From Nitrosopumilus sp. (lineage in GTDB: Archaea > Thermoproteota > Nitrososphaeria > Nitrososphaerales > Nitrosopumilaceae), in assembly GCA_965214775.1 (NCBI GenBank), contig OZ243974.1, forward strand, positions 64,001 through 128,000: DNA of 64,000 nt, written 5' to 3'. Below the pieces are notes generated by a model, which had not been told where the DNA came from, did not search any database, and worked only from the letters and a program-made list of their open reading frames with translations. Position numbers and translations under genes: made by a program. Position 1 is the first letter of the stretch; the number at the start of each line of letters is the position of its first letter. Below are positions 1 to 9,764 of the stretch, piece by piece.

Positions 1-3000
1 GACGTACAGCATCGACAGATCCGTCTCGGAGACGTCTATGGTTTTACTGAAGGTGATCGTCATGGTGCCCGTACTCTCGCCGAGTGCCGCGGATGCGAAT
101 GTGGGCCTTACGGTATCGGCGGTGACCGTGATCGGGTTGTCAGGCACTGCGCCTATGTGGTTTACGAAGAGATCATATACCGCGGCGGCTCCTATGTCAA
201 GCTGCGGGGTTCCCATCTGGATGATCCGGTTCAGATGGGCCTGGGTAAGCGTAAGCGATATGGTGGCAGAGTCGGCGGCGTTGCTGTCAAAGGCCGCCCC
301 CGTCAGGGCTACCTCGTCGATCCCGCCCGTGTCGCTGACGTACAGCATCGACAGATCCGTCTCGGAGACGTCTATGGTCTCGCTGAAGGTGATCGTCATG
401 GTGCCCGTGCCCTCGTCGAGTGCCGCGGATGCGAATGCCGGTGGCGTGATGTCGCTCAGTCTCGCTATCTGGATGCCGTTGTCGGCCCGAGAGGCTACCG
501 CGGCGTAGGTGTTACCGCCTACTGCAAAGATGTCCACGCCGAAGGCACGGTCAAGCAGCAGCTCGCCGCCACCCTCGGTATCCTTCAGCTGCCCGGCGGG
601 CGCCGGGTTGTCGGGATCGGTAACATCTACAATCTGGAGGCCGTTGTCGGCAAAGGAAGTGACTGTGGCGTACGTGTTATCGCCCATTACAAAGACGGCC
701 ACGCCGCGGGATTTCTCAAGTAGCAGCTCATCGTCACCATCGCTTGCAGGTTCTGTATCTGCTAGATGTCCGGCGGGTGCCGGGTTGCGCGGATCCGTGA
801 CGTTTACAATCTGGAGGCCGTTGTCTTTCTCCGAGGCCACCGCCACGTACGTGCCGTGTGCGGTCGTAAAGGTGTCCACTCCTACGGAACCGGCAAGCAA
901 AAGCCCGCCGGCGCCCGCGGTATCCTTCAGCTGCCCGGCGGGCACCGGGTTGTCGGGATCGGTAACATCTACAATCTGGAGGCCGTTGTCGGCAAATGAT
1001 GCTACTGCAGCATAAGTGGAACCTCCTACTGTGAAGACGTCTACGCCCCAAGGGCCGGCAAGCAAAAGCCCGCCGGCGCCCGCGGTATCCTTCAGCTGCC
1101 CGGCGGGCACCGGGTTGTCGGGATCGGTAACGTTGATTATCTGGAGGCCTCTGTCGCGGGAGGATGTAACGGCCGCATATGTTTTGTCACCTATTACAAA
1201 GACGGCCACGCCGCGGGATTTCTCAAGCAGCAGCTCATCGTCGATCCCGCCTGCAGGCTCGGTGTCTTCCACACTCCCGGAAGCTTCCGGGTTGTCGGAA
1301 TCTGTAACATTTACAATCTGGAGGGCGTCGTCACCATGTGAGGCGACTGCCGCGTACGTTTTATCGCCTATCGTGAATACATCCACACCGTATGCACCAT
1401 CAAGCCGCAATGAGTTCGTGTCCGCCAGATGCCCGGCGGCGGATGGGCTGTCTGGATCAGTGACGTTGATTATCTGGAGGGCGTCGTCACCATACGAGGC
1501 GACTGCCGCGTACGTTTTATCGCCTATCGTGAAGACGTCCAGGCTTGTGGCGGTAGTGAGCAGTCTGGGCCCGCCATCACGCAGCTGCCCGGCAGGGGTA
1601 GCCGAGATCAGGGGGGTGGTATCCACTTCGGCCGCCACTATGTCAAAGGTCTCAGAGTCGGTGCCTCCGCGGCCGTCGTTTACCGTTATTGTAACCTCGT
1701 GGGTCTGCCCGGCGTCTGCCTGAACCGGCGTCCAGGTGATGCTGCCGTCAGATGTGGAAAATACGGCGGCCGCCGGCAGCGTGCCGCGCGTGATGGAATA
1801 CGTGTGCGTGTCAGTCGTGTCGGCGTCAGTTACGGTAGGCGTTATGGTCAGCTGGACTCCCACCGTAGCGGCCCGGTCGCCTATCGTTCCCAGGACGGGG
1901 TCGTTGTTGCCGCGCACGACAGTTACAGTTACGGCGCCCTGTGTCGTGTCGGTGCCGTCAGTTACGGTATAACTGAAGGTGTCCGTACCATTATAGTCCT
2001 GGTCCGGGGTGTAAATTATGGTAGTATCATCATGTGTTGCAGTCCCGTTTGGCGGATCAGATACTGTCGATATTGCCGGGGTATCCGATGTATCGGGATC
2101 CGATATATTCGGCGTTATGGTAATGGGTGTGTCCTCTAGAGTGATTGCCATCTCGGCCGGTGCCACCGGCGGTTCGTTGGGAGTCTCTGCCTCCGCGCCC
2201 AGCCTCACTAGCTGGATTCCGCGGTCATCTAGAGCGGTTACCACGGCATAGATGGTGGTTCCTATTGCAAAAACATCCACAGCGCGGGCGCCGTCAAGCA
2301 GCAGGTCGGGGGTGTCTTTTAGCTGCCCGGCCTCGGTCGGATTGTCGGGATCAGTGACGTTTACAATCTGGAGGCCGTCCTCTTGTTGAGATATTACTGC
2401 CGCGTAGGCTCCATGTCCAATTACAAATGTGTCCACACCCCAAGCAGCACGAAGCAGCGTAGAGCCGCCATCCCCCAGATTTCCGGCGGGCGTCGGGTTG
2501 TCAGGATCGGTGACGTTTACAATCTGGAGGCCGTGTTCCCGATTAGAGGAGACTGCGGCGTAGGTGTTGCTGCCTATCATAAAGACGTCCACGCCTACAG
2601 CGCGATCAAGCAGTCTGGAGCCGTTACCCCCCAGATTTCCGGCGGGCGTCGGGTTGTCAGGATCGGTGACGTTTACAATCTGGAGGCCGTTGTCGTCATT
2701 GGAGGCAACTGCCGCGTAGGTGTTGTCACCGGCCCGGAAGATGTCCACGTATCTGGAGTCGTCAAGCCGGAGGGAGCCCGTGTCGTTCAGCTGTCCAGAT
2801 ACTGCAGGATTGTGCGGATCGGTGACGTTTACAATCTGGAGGCCGTCGTCGGAGGTGACTGCGGCGTATGTACGGAGGTCTACATCGAATACGGCCACGC
2901 TGAATGGAGTGCTAATCAGCGACGTACTGTTAAGGCTTCCGGCGGGCGACGGGGCGGCCGGGTTCGTGACGTCTACAATCTGGAGGCCGTCTAACTGGGC

Positions 3001-3501
3001 GACGACTGCGGCGTAGGTGTTGCTGCCTATCGTGAAGATGTCTATGCCGCGGGCGACGTTAAGCGATAGATCATTATCCCTGCCTGACAGCTGTCCTACG
3101 GCGTCCGGGGTGGACGGATTGGTGACGTTTACAATCTGGAGGCCGTCGTCGGTCTGGGAAGCCACCGCCGCGTAGGTGTTGTTGCCTATTGTGAAGACGT
3201 CCACGTCTGAGGCGCCCTCAAGCAGCAGTGTGTTATTATCTTTCAGACTGCCGACGGCAGTCACCTCGATCTCGCTCTGCTGCGCATATGCCTCCCCCTG
3301 CAGGGCTCCGGCTGAGGTCATAAGGCCCAGGACGGCGGCCACAATGAACACTAGGTGCAGGGAGGCAGTACTTGCAAGGGCCCGGTGGGGTTTATGCTGC
3401 CGTACCGCGGCTATGGCAGGCCACCTCCGGATTCGAGTGTGATCCCCCCCATGTAGTCTGGTTTGCCTTCTTGTACAAGCCACCTGGGGCGGGTCGTGCA
3501 T
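1..3501 (-). CDS. Large secreted/surface protein with LVIVD beta-propeller repeats and Ig-like (Big_9/cadherin-like) modules; 3' end runs off the window
   Basis: Manual minus-strand translation of the 5' part gives a signal-like segment (LHLVFIVAAVLGLMTSAGALQGEAYAQ), then repeats such as DVFTIGNNTYAAVASQTDDGLQIVNVTNPSTPDAVGQL, and YTPDQDYNGTDTFSYTVTDG near 1960-2020. Absent from the ORF track, consistent with no stop inside the window. Start uncertain (ATG at 3501 or a downstream codon). Confidence 0.85.
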   Translation of the reverse strand, partial: MHDPPQVACTRRQTRLHGGDHTRIRRWPAIAAVRQHKPHRALASTASLHLVFIVAAVLGLMTSAGALQGEAYAQQSEIEVTAVGSLKDNNTLLLEGASDVDVFTIGNNTYAAVASQTDDGLQIVNVTNPSTPDAVGQLSGRDNDLSLNVARGIDIFTIGSNTYAAVVAQLDGLQIVDVTNPAAPSPAGSLNSTSLISTPFSVAVFDVDLRTYAAVTSDDGLQIVNVTDPHNPAVSGQLNDTGSLRLDDSRYVDIFRAGDNTYAAVASNDDNGLQIVNVTDPDNPTPAGNLGGNGSRLLDRAVGVDVFMIGSNTYAAVSSNREHGLQIVNVTDPDNPTPAGNLGDGGSTLLRAAWGVDTFVIGHGAYAAVISQQEDGLQIVNVTDPDNPTEAGQLKDTPDLLLDGARAVDVFAIGTTIYAVVTALDDRGIQLVRLGAEAETPNEPPVAPAEMAITLEDTPITITPNISDPDTSDTPAISTVSDPPNGTATHDDTTIIYTPDQDYNGTDTFSYTVTDGTDTTQGAVTVTVVRGNNDPVLGTIGDRAATVGVQLTITPTVTDADTTDTHTYSITRGTLPAAAVFSTSDGSITWTPVQADAGQTHEVTITVNDGRGGTDSETFDIVAAEVDTTPLISATPAGQLRDGGPRLLTTATSLDVFTIGDKTYAAVASYGDDALQIINVTDPDSPSAAGHLADTNSLRLDGAYGVDVFTIGDKTYAAVASHGDDALQIVNVTDSDNPEASGSVEDTEPAGGIDDELLLEKSRGVAVFVIGDKTYAAVTSSRDRGLQIINVTDPDNPVPAGQLKDTAGAGGLLLAGPWGVDVFTVGGSTYAAVASFADNGLQIVDVTDPDNPVPAGQLKDTAGAGGLLLAGSVGVDTFTTAHGTYVAVASEKDNGLQIVNVTDPRNPAPAGHLADTEPASDGDDELLLEKSRGVAVFVMGDNTYATVTSFADNGLQIVDVTDPDNPAPAGQLKDTEGGGELLLDRAFGVDIFAVGGNTYAAVASRADNGIQIARLSDITPPAFASAALDEGTGTMTITFSETIDVSETDLSMLYVSDTGGIDEVALTGAAFDSNAADSATISLTLTQAHLNRIIQMGTPQLDIGAAAVYDLFVNHIGAVPDNPITVTADTVRPTFASAALGESTGTMTITFSKTIDVSETDLSMLYV

Positions 3502-3815
3502 ATGCCGTCTAGCTGCGTACCGGCCCCCATACAGTAAGGAACCGGACTAGGCCGTCCTGCCTCCCCGACGGTGGGGCTCGGGTCGGCCCCCCCCCCAGTC
3601 CAATGATCGCCATATGCTTGACAGGAAAAAGGCAAGATGGACATGGTCAAGTCAGGTGGGTCTACCCACCACCCCCCCCCCCAAAAAAACAAGGATTGTT
3701 GGGGCGTCGACAGAGACACACATCATCATACCTCATGACAGCGTGTAAAACGTTCATTATGATATCATGATTAAATTGGGTGCAGTTATTAAATATGACG
3801 TAGGTGCGCAGGCAA

Positions 3816-4880
3816 TGTATTATATGAAAATTATGTCGCACCATCACCAATGTCCTCCTCCATCCATCTTGGGTTGCTTTTCCTGATCGCTTCTGTGGCC
3901 TCCCTGTCGGAGAATGCCCGCAGCGGCGTCTCGTAGTTGTCGATGTCAAGCGACCAGTGCAGCCTGTCCTCGTTATAGTAGTCGATGTATGCAGACAGAC
4001 TCTTGTGGTTCCATATCTCCTCCTCGATGCTCCTGTGGAATCTCTCCAGTTTGCCATTGGTCTGCGGGTGATACGGCCTGGAGTTTATCAGCCCGATTTC
4101 GCAGTTGAGCAGCTCCTCCTCAAAGGCAGTGGGCCTCCATCCGCCCTTGGGCGGACTCTTCTTCTTCTTCGGATCCGAGCGCGCCCCGACAAAGCACTTG
4201 CCGTTGTCTGAGAGTATGGTGGCAGGCGCGCCGAACTGGGCCACGGCCTGCCGCAGGACCGCCACGACGTTTTCCGAGGTGGCCTCCCTGAACAGGCCCG
4301 CACCAGTCACGCACCTGGACGAGTCGTCTAGGAACGTGACCAAATTGAGCCCTGCAAAGCGCGGATCCTTCATGGTATGCCAGTCCACGTGCCACATGGC
4401 ATTGGAGTATTTGCGCTCAAAACGGACGTATTTTCTGGGCATTGATTTTGCAGCCGATGGCGTCACCAGCCCGTTTTCTTTCATTATCCTGTATACCTCG
4501 TAGTAGCTTATATCGAGTTGCCTTCGCAGCCTCTTGGCCGTATGAACCACCCCTGCTGCACTGTGTTTGTACTCCTCCAGGACTGTGCGCACGTCCCCGT
4601 CGGGAACCGGGGCGCTCTTTTTCCTTCCCGGCTTGAGCGGCACGTGGTGCGTGTCGCCTGTCTTCCTGAACCGGGCATACATCCGCTGGACGTGCCTTGT
4701 CGTGACGCCTATCTCCGGGGCCACCTCCGAGGGCTTTCGTCCCCCTGCACATTGCGTCACTGCGTATCTGATCTGCTTTGCCTCGAGCCTTACAACCATC
4801 GGTTTTCTTGATCGGTAAAGCCTAAAGTAATCCTTTGCAATCCTCCTCAAATTAGTGCGACCTAATTTTCGTACAATAGA
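3816..4880 (-). mobile_element. IS481-family insertion sequence, complete
   Basis: Imperfect TIRs TGTATTATATGAAAATTATGTCGCACCA / TCTATTGTACGAAAATTAGGTCGCACTA (reverse complement). Perfect 15-bp flanking duplication TAGGTGCGCAGGCAA at 3801-3815 and 4881-4895. Confidence 0.9.
3831..4799 (-). CDS. IS481-family transposase (HTH + rve integrase core)
   Basis: WHVDW, LDDSSR, ILSDNG and PQTNGKLERFH DDE motifs. Start moved to MVVRLEAK at 4799 because the track start (4928) lies outside the TIR. Confidence 0.9.
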   Translation of the reverse strand: MVVRLEAKQIRYAVTQCAGGRKPSEVAPEIGVTTRHVQRMYARFRKTGDTHHVPLKPGRKKSAPVPDGDVRTVLEEYKHSAAGVVHTAKRLRRQLDISYYEVYRIMKENGLVTPSAAKSMPRKYVRFERKYSNAMWHVDWHTMKDPRFAGLNLVTFLDDSSRCVTGAGLFREATSENVVAVLRQAVAQFGAPATILSDNGKCFVGARSDPKKKKSPPKGGWRPTAFEEELLNCEIGLINSRPYHPQTNGKLERFHRSIEEEIWNHKSLSAYIDYYNEDRLHWSLDIDNYETPLRAFSDREATEAIRKSNPRWMEEDIGDGAT

Positions 4881-4982
4881 TAGGTGCGCAGGCAAGGACA
4901 CTTCCATGTCGGGTTTCAAACACAACATTTCGATCCGAGTAACTACACAAAGTCTAGCAAAGTCTGATGATTATCCGTCCTG

Positions 4983-5006
4983 AGAGGTGATCCGAAATCA
5001 GAAACC
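4983..5006. mobile_element. Orphan MITE family C terminus
   Basis: CTG|AGAGGTGATCCGAAATCAG matches the family C TIR; no partner end seen. Confidence 0.5.
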
Positions 5007-5300
5007 AAGCGGCCCGTCCGCAGCTGTCCTACTACCTCCCTTCATTAGGACGTAACAGCAGCAGCAGCAGCAGCACCGATGCTGGCCGGCGGCCCTTCAT
5101 TGAGCGGCCCGGACACGATACCGCAGACAAGGTCGTACTTTGAGCTGGTTCCAAACCGGTCTCCCATGATCCTGTATATTTTGATCATGCGCATGGCGTC
5201 CTCCACGTACACTCGTATCTTTGAGTGAGTGATACTGTATCTTTTTGCGCATCGGCGAACTTGTCGCAGTCACGTTGTGATAAGGCATAGGACATCATTC

Positions 5301-5576
5301 GTAACTGCAGAATGGTTCTGACAAATGGATGAAGAATGGTGCTGAGGGAGATCCTCACATAGATAAATGTCCGACCTTCATTTTTGGATTGTCAGGAAGA
5401 GACCCCCAGCCAATGCTATGCCTCACAACACCGTTGCGCGTGGAATTCTTATAAACACGACACATAGATAAGCTCAGGTTCTGGAAGTTCAGGCAGAAAT
5501 TTTGCCATCAAAAAGGACTGTTCAAACAGAATTTGTGCATAAAATCAGAAACAGCTTCCAGGGCCCGATCAGTTAC
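5301..5576 (+). repeat. Composite dispersed repeat (H module + TATA-like P module + family I MITE), copy 1
   Basis: 5301-5465 is nearly identical to 50826-50990. The terminal ~110 bp has inverted ends similar to 51119-51230 and 54099-54211. Confidence 0.75.
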
Positions 5577-5641
5577 ATTTTTTATCAAAATAGGCACGAT
5601 GTGTCAAAATTACGGTCCGTTTTTTTTTGATGTGCGCACTA
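5577..5641. mobile_element. MITE family E, right part only
   Basis: Nearly identical to the right part of 40142-40233, ending TGTGCGCACTA. Confidence 0.7.
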
Positions 5642-5979
5642 CAGATCAAAGTCACGTCCCTTTGCCGAACAGGCATGAAAACACAACTGCAAACAAACGT
5701 GCGTCCCTGATTGTTGCCTAGGCATGGGCCATCCTGTTGCTCTGTTATGTGTGGAATTGGCGCAATTGCGGCCCCAAGTTTACGATGTGTGAGTCGGCGG
5801 CCTTTGATGATGATGATGCTATGCAGGCATCACACTTGATCAACGTGATTGTGGCAGGTCAAACCGGCGGTTTGCCAAAGCATGGACAGTCACACATACA
5901 TGCACATGCACATACATGCTGGAGTGGACCCCTGTAAATAGGAACGATTTTGGCAACATTTTATGCACACATTGATCGC

Positions 5980-6860
5980 TCATTTTTGCGGCACCTCCTC
6001 CTGTCTTTTCTGGGTTTTTCGGACAAACTCGTCTGGTGTCAGGTATCCCAGCGCCGAGTGGATCCTGTCCTGGTTGTAGTCCGCAAACGCCTTTGCCAGA
6101 ACAACCTCGGCATCCTGGAATCTGGCAAAGTCATGCGGCCAGACGTACTCCTTTTTTAGGGTCTTGTGGAAGGACTCGACATGTCCGTTCTGCTCGGGCG
6201 TGTTGTGCCAGATATACTCACACCTTACCCCAAGCGCCTTCATGCTCTCCTTGAATTCGCGGCTCGTATACTGGACGCCGTTGTCGCTTCTGACCAGCAG
6301 GCCGCGCGCCTCGTCTGCCGAAATCGTGGAGACTGCCCTTGTCAACGATTCGACTGCTACCTGTGCGGTGGCCTGCGTGTCAAAGACGTATGTTATCCAC
6401 TTCCTGGTGAACGTATCAATTACGTTAAAGCAGTAGCACCACCCGTCAACGCCGCACCAGACGTACGTGATGTCAGTCTCCCACAGCTGGTTTGATCCTG
6501 TGGGCTTGAACCTGTCCCTTTTTCCGGCTCGTATTATGTCGTTTTTGGTCTTTTTAGGCGTGATCCAGCCTATCTTGCGGTATATCTGCTGTATCTTCTT
6601 GCGGTTTGTCGGCACGCCGGTCTGGCGTCTTATCTGGGCTGCCATGCGGCGCGTGCCGTATGTGGGCCTTTTGTTGCCGATCTCCCTGACAAGCGAGACC
6701 GTCTGCGGATCCGGTTCTGTCAGCTTTTGTGGCTTTTTTACGTGGTACCACACAGTTCTAGAGGCACCGCTGTACTGCAGTGTCTTGTTCATGCTCCAGC
6801 CCCTCTCCCTTAGCAGTATTGCAATGTTCACCTTTTGCCTGCCTCCAAGGTTTTTTTTAA
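5980..6860 (-). CDS. IS3 transposase OrfB (rve), probably expressed as OrfAB by -1 frameshift
   Basis: YGTRRM, LWETDITY, RSDNGVQY, PEQNGHVESFHKTLKKE. Overlaps orfA at an A8 run (T8 at 6851-6858 on plus strand). Confidence 0.88.
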
Positions 6861-7118
6861 AAGCGCGTTGGCCACGGCATACTCGCCGATGATGTTTTTG
6901 AGCGACTCGTTCTCCTTTTGGAGCTTGTCTTCGGCCGTTGCAGGGCCCCTGCCTGACAGCGATGCGCGTCCTGCCTGCAAAAAGCGTTTCCTCCACTGGT
7001 AAAACGTCCTGGGGGAGAGATTGTGGCGACGGCACAGCTCTGCCGTCTCGATGTTGGTATTGAGATGCTCCATGACTATCCCTATCTTGTCCTGTACACT
7101 CCATATTTTCTTACTCAT
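6828..7118 (-). CDS. IS3 transposase OrfA (HTH_Tnp_1 + coiled coil)
   Basis: AELCRRHNLSPRTFYQWRKRF and KLQKENESLKNIIG. Confidence 0.88.
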   Translation of the reverse strand: MSKKIWSVQDKIGIVMEHLNTNIETAELCRRHNLSPRTFYQWRKRFLQAGRASLSGRGPATAEDKLQKENESLKNIIGEYAVANALLKKTLEAGKR

Positions 7119-7238
7119 ATTTGTGATTCGACCTCCTGACTCAAAAAGTGTGCGAAAAAAAGTGTTCCTATTCTAGCGGGGTCCTCACCAACATACATGC
7201 ACATGCACATACAGCTTTCAGTTGTTGTTTGCGCACTG

Positions 7239-7580
7239 CTATCTAACAGGGCTTCCCAGAGGAATGTCCCCAGATACCGTCAGCCAAAACGGCTTGTCAT
7301 CGACGTCTGCGGCCAGCAGCATTGCGTCTGATTCCACGCCTGCCATTTTCTTGGGCTCCAGATTCGCAACAACGATCACGGTCTTTCCGACAATGTCTTC
7401 TGGCCGATAGTATTGCGCACCGCCAATAATGACATCGCGCTGATCGTCCTGACCCAGATCAACCCTGCCCTTGATTATTCTAGACTTGCCTTCAATTGAC
7501 TCTGTTGCAGTAATTTTTGCAACGCGAAGATCCAATTTTGCAAAGTCGTCATAAGATACCGTTGTTGTACTCCTTGTCAT
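7239..7580 (-). CDS. tRNA-binding OB-fold protein (CsaA/Trbp111-like)
   Basis: DDFAKLDLRVAKI and VVANLEPKKMAGVESDAMLLAA. Confidence 0.88.
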   Translation of the reverse strand: MTRSTTTVSYDDFAKLDLRVAKITATESIEGKSRIIKGRVDLGQDDQRDVIIGGAQYYRPEDIVGKTVIVVANLEPKKMAGVESDAMLLAADVDDKPFWLTVSGDIPLGSPVR

Positions 7581-8000
7581 ACCACTAACCCCCAGACTTG
7601 CAGCTTAAAATGGATTTCGAATTATCAAGGATCTTTTTTGCCAATGCCACTGGTTCCAATCCGGTATTTCAGAAAGACGGGAGTCTCAACATATTTTTTG
7701 TTTGCAAGAGTGATTGTTTGATCATCAGGAATATTGGTTTTCATGGCAGCCTTCCATGCCGGTGCACACGGACGTTTTTCCAAAAAAAAGCCTGCGCCAT
7801 CAAGTGTCCAAATTTTTGGCATCATGCATTTTTAGGGCTTTTATTTTTTTTCTTTCAAAGTGTAATTGACTGTGACGGAAGAATGGCAAATGCCATTAGA
7901 ACTGGAGTTACTGTTCTGGATTTTAGGCATGTTGCCCATCACAGTCAAATAGAGACAATCGGAATCCAATATATGTAGTACGGATCCACAGTAGTATGTT

Positions 8001-8420
8001 ATGGCCACCATCGAGGCAGAAGTCAAGATCAACGCCCCGGCAGACAGGGTCTGGGATATAGTGGCAGATCTTGACAATGAACCAAGATTTTGGAAGGGGA
8101 CTAAAAAAGTCCGCAACATCTCAAAGGAAGGAAACAAGATCAACAGGGAGATCACCATTGCATTCAGGGATCAAAAGTGCCTTCAGGAAGTCATAATAAC
8201 GCCCAAAGAGAAGATCGAGGCAAGATTCACAAAGGGAATCATCAACGGGGAGAAAATTTTGACAGTAATCCCAAATGATGAGACCAGCACAGTATTAAAA
8301 ACACGCTGGGACATCAAGATGACAGGAATGATGGGAATGTTTACTGGAATGATAAAAAAACACATCAAAAACGGCACCGAGCAAGCAATGCATGCCATAA
8401 AAACCGAAGTCGAGGGTTAG
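8001..8420 (+). CDS. SRPBCC/polyketide cyclase family protein
   Basis: IEAEVKINAPADRVWDIVADLDNEPRFW. Confidence 0.85.
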   Translation: MATIEAEVKINAPADRVWDIVADLDNEPRFWKGTKKVRNISKEGNKINREITIAFRDQKCLQEVIITPKEKIEARFTKGIINGEKILTVIPNDETSTVLKTRWDIKMTGMMGMFTGMIKKHIKNGTEQAMHAIKTEVEG

Positions 8421-8421
8421 A

Positions 8422-9726
8422 TTGACAGAAACTACCATCCTCACGATTACGATTACCGCCATTGCAGATGCTTTTAACTATTCGTTGGCAGCTGTTCTCA
8501 TAGGAGTCTCAGGAGCTTGGGTCTTTCTAATAAAGTCCATGATAGACACGTTCCGACTGACCCCGTTTTTGGACGGATTTGAGGAGACAAAGCCGGCAAG
8601 GCATCCAAGTGTCTCAGTCATCCTGCCTGCAAGAAACGAAGAAGAGTTCCTGGGCAGATGCCTTGACTCCTTGGAAAACCAGGACTATAACAACTATGAA
8701 ATCATAGTCGTTGACGACTCCTCAGAGGACAGGACATGGGACATCATTCAGGAGCATGCAGAAAAACCATCCGGGAAAAAGATAGTTCCAGTCTCAGCAA
8801 AGGCAAAGCCGGACGGATGGACGGGGAAGAACTGGGCATGCATGCAGGGGTACGGGCATGCAACCGGAGAACTGCTGCTGTTCACCGATGCAGACACGGC
8901 CCATGCAAAAAACGTCATAACGCTGGCAGTGGAGCATCTAAACTCGTTTGAATTAGACGCCTTATCAGTTGTTCCAAAAATGCTGACGTTTGATTTTTGG
9001 ACACGGGTCACACTGCCGATGATTTCAACGTTCCTGCACACCAGGTTTTCCCCCCTAAACGTCAACGACCCAAAAAAGAAGACGGGCTATTTCTTTGGAA
9101 GCTTCTTTATTTTAAAAAGGGACACATACAGAGACGTAGGAATGCACGAGGGAGTCAGGCACGAAATCATCGAAGACGGGGCCTTGGGAAGAAAAGTCAA
9201 GGAGTCAGGACACAGGATGAGGATGGTCCGGGGAGAGCACCTAGTCCAGGCAGTCTGGGCCAGAGACAGGGCCACCCTTTGGAACGCCCTGAAAAGATTG
9301 ATGATTCCGCTGTATCTGCAAAGCGGGAACGTCGCAGTCGGGGTTTTTATTGCAGTCGTATTCCTGCTGTTTGTTCCGTTTCCAACCTTGCTAGTAGCCA
9401 CATCTGCATTTCTTGTAGGTGATCCTGTTGTTGTTGCTGCTGCTGCTGATAATGGTGCCATGTCATGGATGATTCTGTGCGTGACGGCGGCAGCCGCATC
9501 GATCTTGATCTACGCCGGAGCGGCCATCGATGCCAGGATGGGATTGGGATTGGGGCTTGCTCATGCTGCCTTTGCGCCATTAGGCGGACTGGTCGTAGTG
9601 ATGGGATTCCTAAGCGGGCTGCTCCAGGCCAAAGGCAGATCTTCAGTTGTTACTTGGAGAGGAAGAAATTACTCTATGAAAGATGATCATCATCGTATGC
9701 AGGGTTTTCTGGGTGGCGGCGTATAG
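8422..9726 (+). CDS. Membrane glycosyltransferase family 2
   Basis: VSVILPARNEE, IIVVDDSSED, GWTGKNWAC, LLFTDAD, IIEDGALG; C-terminal TM helices. Confidence 0.9.
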   Translation: MTETTILTITITAIADAFNYSLAAVLIGVSGAWVFLIKSMIDTFRLTPFLDGFEETKPARHPSVSVILPARNEEEFLGRCLDSLENQDYNNYEIIVVDDSSEDRTWDIIQEHAEKPSGKKIVPVSAKAKPDGWTGKNWACMQGYGHATGELLLFTDADTAHAKNVITLAVEHLNSFELDALSVVPKMLTFDFWTRVTLPMISTFLHTRFSPLNVNDPKKKTGYFFGSFFILKRDTYRDVGMHEGVRHEIIEDGALGRKVKESGHRMRMVRGEHLVQAVWARDRATLWNALKRLMIPLYLQSGNVAVGVFIAVVFLLFVPFPTLLVATSAFLVGDPVVVAAAADNGAMSWMILCVTAAAASILIYAGAAIDARMGLGLGLAHAAFAPLGGLVVVMGFLSGLLQAKGRSSVVTWRGRNYSMKDDHHRMQGFLGGGV

Positions 9727-9764
9727 CAATCCTTTTAGATAGAAAATGAAAAAGATAGATCCTC

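Larger units (their letters stand above)
5920..7190 (-). mobile_element. IS3-family insertion sequence, complete
   Basis: TIRs TGGAGTGGACCCCTGTAAATAGGAAC / TGGTGAGGACCCCGCTAGAATAGGAAC (reverse complement). Flanked by ACATACATGC at 5910-5919 and 7191-7200. orfA/orfB organisation. Confidence 0.9.

Noticed and set aside
38-3442. Many plus-strand ORFs of 70-236 aa
   Set aside because: Antisense shadows of the GC-rich minus-strand surface-protein gene.
1-3501. Possible diversity-generating retroelement TR/VR pairs among the repeats
   Set aside because: The repeats are in-frame coding blades, no adenine-specific mismatch pattern was noticed, and there is no reverse transcriptase in the window.
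4800-4928. N-terminal extension of the IS481 transposase in the ORF track
   Set aside because: It crosses the TIR and TSD into flanking DNA.
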